Origin: an uncultured Candidatus Rokubacteria bacterium
GTDB taxonomy: Bacteria; Methylomirabilota; Methylomirabilia; Rokubacteriales; CSP1-6
Length of the DNA stretch: 64,000 bases
Assembly (NCBI GenBank): GCA_963747235.1
Contig: CAVVEU010000013.1
Span: forward strand, 32,001 to 96,000
Direction of reading: 5' to 3'
Under the pieces are notes generated by a model that saw only the letters and a program-made list of their open reading frames with translations, was not told the origin of the DNA and did not search any database. This document shows positions 54,302-64,000 of the stretch, piece by piece (the first letter of the stretch is position 1; every line of letters begins with the position of its first letter). The position numbers and the translations under genes are program-made.

Positions 54302-55177
54302 ATGCCAGATCTCATCTCGATCGTCTACCTCTCCGGCCTCATCGTTCTTGTTCTGGCGGCGCGGGAGCACATCACGCACTGGTACTGGCTAGTGGCGAGG
54401 TACGCCATCCTCCTGGGACTGCAGGCGGGCGTGGCCGCGGGCAGAGGCCGTGGTTTGCCCCGGATCATTATCGCCTTCTTCCCGTTGGTCCCGGTTCTGG
54501 GGATCTACGACTCGCTGGGATTCATCCCAGAGCTGAACCCCGGAGACCGGGACGACCTCTTGATCTGGCTCGACCGGGTCGTCGTGGGCGGAGACCCGAG
54601 CGTTTGGCTTGAGCGGATCAGCGCCCCCTGGCTCACCGAAGTCCTCCAGCTTGCGTACTTGGTGTACTACGCGCTTCCGTTCGTGTTGCTCGGGGCCCTC
54701 TACTGCCGGCGGGTTCGCTTCGCGAAGGAACCTGGAGAGACACGCGAAGACGGAGGGGCCTTCGAGCTGTGCGTCATCGCTCTTCTCCTGTCCCACTACT
54801 TCGCATTCTTGGGCTACATGGCAATCCCGGCCCTCGGGCCCCGATTCGTCCTGGCGCCCAGCTACGGAGCGGAACTCACCGGCCTCCTTGTCGCCGAACC
54901 GATCCGGCACTTCCTCGACGCGGTGGAGGGAATCAAGCGCGACGCGTTCCCCAGCGGCCACGTGTCCGCGGTCTTGATCAGTGTCCACTACATGTTTCGC
55001 TTCACGCCGCGCCTGGCCTGCTGCGCCCTGCCGGCGGTCTGCCTCATGATCTTCGCGACACTGTACCTCCGCTACCACTATGCCGCCGATATCCTGGGAG
55101 GCGGGATGCTCGCCGCGTTCTGTGTGCTTCTGGCCCCCCGACTCCTTCGTCACGAGCGCCCCACCTCCTGGACGTAA
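54302..55177 (+). CDS. PAP2 superfamily membrane enzyme, AUR1/inositol-phosphorylceramide synthase-like (start uncertain)
   Basis: D..L...D, PA.GPR, DAFPSGH, LRYHYAADILGG; multiple TM segments. Confidence 0.85.
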   Translation: MPDLISIVYLSGLIVLVLAAREHITHWYWLVARYAILLGLQAGVAAGRGRGLPRIIIAFFPLVPVLGIYDSLGFIPELNPGDRDDLLIWLDRVVVGGDPSVWLERISAPWLTEVLQLAYLVYYALPFVLLGALYCRRVRFAKEPGETREDGGAFELCVIALLLSHYFAFLGYMAIPALGPRFVLAPSYGAELTGLLVAEPIRHFLDAVEGIKRDAFPSGHVSAVLISVHYMFRFTPRLACCALPAVCLMIFATLYLRYHYAADILGGGMLAAFCVLLAPRLLRHERPTSWT

Positions 55178-55472
55178 GCGTCCGGCAGTTCGCGCTGCAC
55201 CGCGTTCGCATTGAGACGCGCAAGACCGTGGAGCGCCCGGGGCAGCGTATCGAGACCGGGATCCCTCGACGCTTGACGCCCGCCAGACAAGTGTTTTATG
55301 TTATTCGGGCTCCCGTACAGGAAGTGTTTCGTTTGGAACACTCGGAGGGGGGGTCGAGTGGTACCCTAAGACGAGTCGACGAATACCCCCGCGAGGATGC
55401 CCAGATCAACACGTGAGCTTCGAGAGCCGGCGACCCGGGTGAACGTGCCCGGCTTCCCGAGCTAGCCCCGCC

Positions 55473-58898
<3,426 letters not shown>

Positions 58899-58971
58899 GC
58901 GTCGGCCGGGGCCGCGGGCCTCGCGCGCTCGGCCTCGAGCGCCCTTCGGGCGGTCGACCCGGGCGGGGACC

Positions 58972-59181
58972 TCAGGCGAAGTTCTTCAGCACCTCGGTGC
59001 AGCCACAGAGAATGTCGGGGGCGCGGTCCACCGGCGCCTGATAGGTGCGGGAGCCGCGGCTTCCGTCCGCCGCCGTGTCTCCCGCGCGGGCCCACGCCTC
59101 GGCGGTCCAGAGGCACGCCACGAGGGTCAGTGCCGGCACGAGCACCAGCGTCGATCGTCCGGGCATGCGGGTTCGATTCAT
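58972..59181 (-). pseudogene. Possible 5' remnant of a Tim44-like domain protein, or a small secreted protein
   Basis: Signal peptide ending AWA then RAG....GSRGSRTY.AP, resembling the N-terminus of bacterial Tim44-domain proteins; stops after 69 aa. Confidence 0.45.
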
Positions 59182-59361
59182 CGCCTGATCCAGAGGCGCG
59201 GAGCCACGGACGGGGACGCAGCAGCGGTCACGACGCTGTTCATGACGTGTGCCTCCGTCATCGACCTTGCGGAGCCTGGATCAGGCGCGGTGCTCTCGAT
59301 GAACCGTGGCTGGAGTCGTCCCATCAGAAGCTGAGTCTAGCCGGCCCGTTCCCAGGGTCGG

Positions 59362-59372
59362 TATTGGACCTT
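59362..59372 (-). promoter_or_regulatory. AAGGTCCAATA motif (reverse orientation) upstream of the OmpA/BON operon
   Basis: TATTGGACCTT is the exact reverse complement of the motif at 19018 and 32998. Confidence 0.6.
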
Positions 59373-59501
59373 GGGGCACCCGGGCGCGGGTCGAATCCGG
59401 GCCTAAGGCCGTAGACCCAAGAGCCAGTAGGCCGCCGGGCGCGGGCTGCGTAGAGTCGCGCCAAGCAAGGCGCTGTCAACTATCGCAGGAGGTACGAACA
59501 C

Positions 59502-60104
59502 ATGAAGCAGAAACCCACACGCATAGGAGTGATGCTGAGCGCGATCCTGGCGCTGACCGTGCTCTTCGGAGCCGGTTGCGCGAGCGGGCCGTACGAAGAC
59601 CCCCGCAACTTCGGGCCGGCCGGTCCGATCGGGTTGACGGGCCCGCAGGGCCCGCAGGGCCCGACGGGCCCGAACGGCGTGGCCGGCATTCAGGGTCCCG
59701 GCGGGCCGCAGGGCGTGACGGGTCCGGAGGGCGTGATGGGGCCGCAGGGCCCGCAGCGTCCCTGGGTCACATTCGCTGACTTTCTTTTCGACTTCGATCG
59801 CAGCGCGATCCGCGGCTCGGAGACCGGCAAGGTCGACAAGCTCAACCAGTACATGAAGGAGCATCCCGGTATCGAGGTCGGCCTCGATGGCCACGCGGAT
59901 CCTCGCGGGACCGCGGCGTACAACCAGCCCCTCAGCCAGCGTCGCGTGGACGCGGTGAAGGCGGCCCTGGTGAACGCGGGCATCGCCTCGGACAAGATCT
60001 CGACCGGCGCGTTCGGCGAGTCGCAGCCGAAGTGCTCGCAGGCGACCGAGGAGTGCTGGCAGCGTGACCGTCGCGTCGAAGTGCTCGTGCGGCGCCTGGA
60101 GTAG
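59502..60104 (+). CDS. OmpA-family lipoprotein with collagen-like Gly-X-Y linker
   Basis: AGGAGG RBS, lipobox GAGC, GPAGPIGLTGPQGPQ..., FDFD, GHADPRG..YN..LSQRR, DRRVE. Confidence 0.93.
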   Translation: MKQKPTRIGVMLSAILALTVLFGAGCASGPYEDPRNFGPAGPIGLTGPQGPQGPTGPNGVAGIQGPGGPQGVTGPEGVMGPQGPQRPWVTFADFLFDFDRSAIRGSETGKVDKLNQYMKEHPGIEVGLDGHADPRGTAAYNQPLSQRRVDAVKAALVNAGIASDKISTGAFGESQPKCSQATEECWQRDRRVEVLVRRLE

Positions 60105-60115
60105 AGGATCAACCC

Positions 60116-60760
60116 ATGAGAATTCTCACGAGCCTGATCGCGGTGGCGGCCCTGTCCGGGTGCGCCTACCAGAGTGGATACATCGATCCGCAGGGCGTAT
60201 GGATCGCGAAGGGCGAGCCGTACGCGAAGGGCACGTGCCGCTCGAACGCGCCGTACGTCATGGGGCCGCAGGGCCCGACGGGAGCCCCCGGGACTCCGGG
60301 ATTGGCTGGAGGACCGGGTGGGCCCGGAATCGCTGGACCGATGGGCCCGCAGGGCCCGCCGGGGCTGGCGGGGCCGGCGGGAGCGGTTGGGGTGACCGGT
60401 CGGGGGGGCCGACCCGGCGCGGGCGGCTGGTCCTCGATGGAGAACGTGAATTTCAAGTACGGCAGCTCCGATCTGCAGGAGAAGTGCAAGGAGAAGCTCG
60501 CGAACTTCGCCCTGTGGATGCAGAACAACCCGCTGGCCCAGGTGAGCCTCGACGGCCACCAGAGCGACGCGGATGATCGGAACCAGGTGCTGGCCGGCAA
60601 TCGCGTCACCGCGGTCAGGAATGAGCTCATCAGGCTGGGCGCCTCGCCCGACCGCATCACGGTCGGCTCCAACGGGAGACAGAGGCCGGTCTGCAACGCT
60701 TCCACGGATACGTGTCTGGAGTTGAACCGGAGGGTCGAGATTCTCGCAGTCAGATCCTGA
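60116..60760 (+). CDS. Second OmpA-family lipoprotein with collagen-like Gly-X-Y linker
   Basis: Lipobox LSGC, GPQGPTGAPGTPG..., VNF, LDGH, NRRVEI. Confidence 0.92.
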   Translation: MRILTSLIAVAALSGCAYQSGYIDPQGVWIAKGEPYAKGTCRSNAPYVMGPQGPTGAPGTPGLAGGPGGPGIAGPMGPQGPPGLAGPAGAVGVTGRGGRPGAGGWSSMENVNFKYGSSDLQEKCKEKLANFALWMQNNPLAQVSLDGHQSDADDRNQVLAGNRVTAVRNELIRLGASPDRITVGSNGRQRPVCNASTDTCLELNRRVEILAVRS

Positions 60761-60831
60761 GGTCATCAGGGCAGCCCCTCCGCGCTCCTTCTCGCGGAGG
60801 GGATGCCCTCTACCCCGAGAGAGGACAGGAC

Positions 60832-61686
60832 ATGAAGAGGTCGCTTCACGAGAGTGGCAGGGCCGCGGTCGGGACCATCATCGTCGTGGTGCTCATCGTG
60901 CTGATCGCGGGCGGCGTGTGGACCTACTCGTCCCGGCGCGCGGCCGGGGTGCGCGACACCCTGCGGCTGGTCAAGGACACCTCGCAGGACACGGCCACCA
61001 CCACCAAGGTCAAGACCGCGCTGCTGCTCTCGAAGCACGTCTCGGCTTTCGACACCACGGTGGCAACCGCTCGAGGTGAAGTCACCTTGACGCGGAGAAG
61101 TGCCGACCGAGGAAGTCAAGGGGCTGGCCGCCGCCATCGCGCGGGACACCACCGGCGTCAGCGCCGTGCACAACAATCTGACCGTCAATCCCGGCGTCGG
61201 AGCCAACCCGGAGGCGGCGAGCATCGGCGATCGCGTGGCGGATCTCGAGATCAAGACCCTCGTCACCGATCACCTCGCCCAGTCGGCCGAGCTGCAGAAC
61301 GAGCACATCACGGTGCAGGTGAGCAAGCGGCGCGTCTCGCTGGAGGGAACGGTGGACTCGCGCGGGCCAGCGGCGCGTGGCCGACCGGATCGCCCTGCTG
61401 GTGCCCGGCGTGCATGGAGCTCACGAGCAATCTCACCGTCACCACCGCCGCGGGCGCCCCCGAGAGCCCGGACGACAAGCTGGCGCATCGCGTGGAGTTC
61501 GAGCTGTACGCGACGAAGGCGGTGGCGCTCAAGGAGGTGCAGGTCCGATCGCAGGACGGGTCGGTCTACCTCAGCGGCAAGGTGGGCTCCCGCGCCGAGA
61601 AGCTGCTGGCGGAGCGGGTGACCCAGTCGGTCGAGGGCGTGAAGAAGGTCGTCAACAACCTGAGCGCCTCGGAAGAGCCGCGGTAG
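60832..61686 (+). CDS. BON-domain (OsmY-like) protein, three BON domains (internal frameshifts)
   Basis: DTATTTKVKTAL, GEVTL, GVSAVHNNL, GSVYLSG.V, VEGVKKVVNNL. Confidence 0.87.
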   Translation: MKRSLHESGRAAVGTIIVVVLIVLIAGGVWTYSSRRAAGVRDTLRLVKDTSQDTATTTKVKTALLLSKHVSAFDTTVATARGEVTLTRRSADRGSQGAGRRHRAGHHRRQRRAQQSDRQSRRRSQPGGGEHRRSRGGSRDQDPRHRSPRPVGRAAERAHHGAGEQAARLAGGNGGLARASGAWPTGSPCWCPACMELTSNLTVTTAAGAPESPDDKLAHRVEFELYATKAVALKEVQVRSQDGSVYLSGKVGSRAEKLLAERVTQSVEGVKKVVNNLSASEEPR

Positions 61687-61732
61687 GCGTAGCGCACCCT
61701 GGAGTCCCGTCAGTGGTGGGGGGTGATGACGC

Positions 61733-61813
61733 ATGGAGACCCTGTTGATCGTTCTCCTGGTGGTGTTCCTGCTGGGTGGTGGAGGCTGGGGGTATTCTCG
61801 TTGGCGCCGGTAG
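61733..61813 (+). CDS. 26-aa small membrane protein, DUF3309-like
   Basis: METLLIVLLVVFLLGGGGWGYSRWRR*; below the ORF-track length cut-off. Confidence 0.75.
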   Translation: METLLIVLLVVFLLGGGGWGYSRWRR

Positions 61814-61958
61814 CCGGCCGCGCTGGACGGGAAGCCGAAGCTCCCGCCTCGCATCGGCCGCAAGGACCTGCAGGATCCCGATCGCGATGTGACGGAGCCG
61901 GCCCGGCCGGCTCCGGCCGACGACAGGAAGCAAGCCTCCTCTTCTTCTGCCTAGCCGC

Positions 61959-63325
61959 TGTCATTGACAAGTGATCTGGCCGCTCGCGTTTGACACGTGA
62001 TCTGACCGCTCCGGGTTGGGGCTCACGCCGCGCGCGCCCGGACGGGCCGGCCGGTGGCGCGTAAACCACCCCAGGCAGCGGGGCCCCCACCAGACCGAAT
62101 GCCGCCCGTCGAGATGCCGCCGCACGAGGACGCGCAGGCCCGCGCAGCTGCGCCGGCCCCGCTGTTTGTCGATCTGCAGCACCACGCCGTCGAGGACGAG
62201 GGTGTTGTCCCGCGCCGACGCAGCGCTCTTCCTCGTGGCAGAGGATCTGGTCGAGGTCCGGCTGCCGCCCCACGGGCACGAAGGCACTGCTGGGATCGGC
62301 CGGGGCGCGGGCAAAGCGCGCGTTGTAGTCCGGAATGAACCGCGCGCGCAGATAGCGATTCGCCGCTGCGCGGGTCCGGATCCCGGCGACCCGCAGCTCG
62401 TTGACGAGCCGCCCTTGCAGCGTGCCGTTGGCGCGCTCGCTCCGCCCCCGGGCCTGCGGCGAGCAAGCTCACGATGTGCTCGATGCCGAGCCGGGCCAGG
62501 GCCCGGCCCGACCTGGGTCCGCTTGGTGCGATCGGGGGCGCTGCCCGACGTCGGCGTGTAGACGGCCCAGCCGGCGCGATCGGTGTACAGCGCCCCGGGG
62601 ATGCCGTGCTGCCTCGAGCACCGCCCGCAGGGCCGTCATGATGGCCGCCAAACTCTCGCCCCCGGCCACGAGCTGAGCGTAGAGCAACCGCTTGGTCGCG
62701 TCGTCCACCACGGCGATGAGGGTCTGCTGGGCGTCGGCGACCAACGCCAGCCACGGGTGCCGACTGCCATCGAGGTGCAGCAGTTCCCCAAAGCACGGGC
62801 GCGGCGCGCGGCGGCGCCGATGCCGCCCGCGCGGGCGCCGCTTGCCCGACCAAGCCGGCGGTCTGCAGCGCGCGCTTCACGAAGCTGTACGACAGGCGCA
62901 CGCCATGGTCGCGGCCCGCCACCTGGTAGAAGTGCCGGATGTTGTAGCCGGGATGGCCGTCGCGCGGCCCGTACCGCTCCCGGTACAGCTGCAGGAGCTG
63001 CTGCACGGCTCGGCCAGCCGGCACCGCCCGCGGCGAGGGGCACCGCCGCCGGTGATCGACCAGCCCGTCGTAGCCATACCGCTCATACCGCCACCGCAGC
63101 CGCCGCACCGTGCGCGGACTCACGCCCAGCACGTCGGCGACCTGCAGCCAGCTTTGCCGCCCACTCAAGGCCCGCAAGATGGCCTCCTGCACTTTCATGA
63201 CGCGCTCCACGGCCGCCCGGGTGTAGGCCATCGCCACCTCCCTGCGGCGATGACACCCCGTCGGCCCGTTGTGGAGCGGTCAGATCACGTGCTCTCGGGA
63301 GCCCGCCCCTTCCTGCCGCTTGACG
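61959..63325 (-). mobile_element. Insertion sequence, ISNCY/IS1202-like; right boundary uncertain (63291-63325)
   Basis: TGT terminus at 61959; tandem 22-bp sites at 61964 and 61990; perfect 19-bp inverted repeat 61994-62012 / 63273-63291; encloses an HTH-DDE transposase. Confidence 0.85.
61961..63231 (-). CDS. DDE transposase (ISNCY-type, frameshifted)
   Basis: ADVLGVSPRTVRRLR HTH, LLHLDGS.H, VDDAT, YTDR, GRSERAN.TLQGRL; ends SGQITCQ*. Confidence 0.88.
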
Positions 63326-63441
63326 CTGTGCCCCCGCCGGGGCAGTATCCCCCAACGACACGGAGGTCGCGGGGCCTGGCCAAGGGGGCCGCGGTCGGCG
63401 CGCGCATGGAGGCAGGGCGAGCGGTCAATAGGGGGACGGTC

Positions 63442-64000
63442 ATGGTCGACCTCGGGCGAACGCCTCGGACACGCCGGCGCAGGTCCCGGTTCCTGATTGC
63501 CCTGCTGGTGGGGCTCCTCACCGCGATGGTGGCCGCGGGCGCCCTGGCCCAGGCGGGCAAGAGCGGCCTGATCGGCAAGCTGGAAGGACCGGAGGTCGTC
63601 ACCGACCCCGCGAAGTTCCCCAAGACGCTCAACGAGGCCCCGCAGCTCGCGGCGCTGGTCAAGGCGGGCAAGCTGCCGCCGGTGGCCGAGCGCGTCGGGC
63701 AGGACCCGCTGGTCATCAAGCCCCTGCGCGAGATCGGCAAGTACGGCGGGACGTGGCGCGCCGGGTTCACCGGCCCCGCCGACTTCTGGAACGGGTTCCG
63801 GTGCTGCTCGGGGCCGGACCATCTGATGTTCTGGGACTACACGGGCGACAAGGTCCTGCCGAACCTCGCCCGGGGCCTCGAGATGCAGGACGGCGGGCGC
63901 GCGTGGCTCCTGCACCTGCGCCGCGGCATGAAGTGGAGCGACGGCAAGCCGTTCACCGCCGACGACTTCGTGTTCTGGTTCGAGGACGTCTACCGGAACA
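63442..64000 (+). CDS. ABC substrate-binding protein, family 5 (truncated by window end)
   Basis: EAPQLAALVKAGKLPPVAERV, IGKYGGTWR, LRRGMKWSDGKPFTADD. Confidence 0.92.
   Translation, partial: MVDLGRTPRTRRRRSRFLIALLVGLLTAMVAAGALAQAGKSGLIGKLEGPEVVTDPAKFPKTLNEAPQLAALVKAGKLPPVAERVGQDPLVIKPLREIGKYGGTWRAGFTGPADFWNGFRCCSGPDHLMFWDYTGDKVLPNLARGLEMQDGGRAWLLHLRRGMKWSDGKPFTADDFVFWFEDVYRN

Noticed and set aside
59610-60425. gggccgcagggcccg repeats as CRISPR or DNA-level tandem repeat
   Set aside because: They are codons for Gly-Pro-Gln collagen-like triplets within ORFs; no spacer structure or cas genes.

Overview
High-GC bacterial chromosomal window. The gene content (stand-alone PF04392-type and family-5 substrate-binding proteins, cyclase-ATPase-TPR proteins, an ISNCY-type IS) suggests Candidatus Rokubacteria/Methylomirabilota, but this is inference. 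Many genes are broken by 1-2 nt indels, most likely long-read consensus errors, so several CDS are reconstructed across frames and their ends are approximate. Left third: P450 flanked by a duplicated promoter, JmjC oxygenase, two STAND-like ATPase/TPR proteins (one fused to a sigma54 activator), cfa-type methyltransferase, a tandem pair of unknown secreted paralogs, and a UGSC-type selenoprotein hidden behind an in-frame TGA with a SECIS-like hairpin. Middle: two catabolic ABC-uptake operons and a Crp/two-component block. The main discovery candidate is a ~19 kb lipid cluster (39750-58898). It couples a dedicated type II fatty-acid synthase (AcpXL-like ACP, three KAS, double hotdog dehydratase, FabG, FabL-like reductase, AcpS) and an ABC exporter with a FAAL-ACP-alpha-oxoamine synthase fusion, a bacterial ceramide synthase-like GNAT, a CerR-like reductase, an AUR1/PAP2-like enzyme, a GT-B protein and a permuted papain-like lipoprotein, i.e. 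a probable self-contained sphingolipid/aminolipid pathway. Right end: collagen-OmpA lipoproteins, BON protein, a 26-aa small protein, an IS and a truncated ABC SBP. No rRNA, tRNA or CRISPR array was seen.
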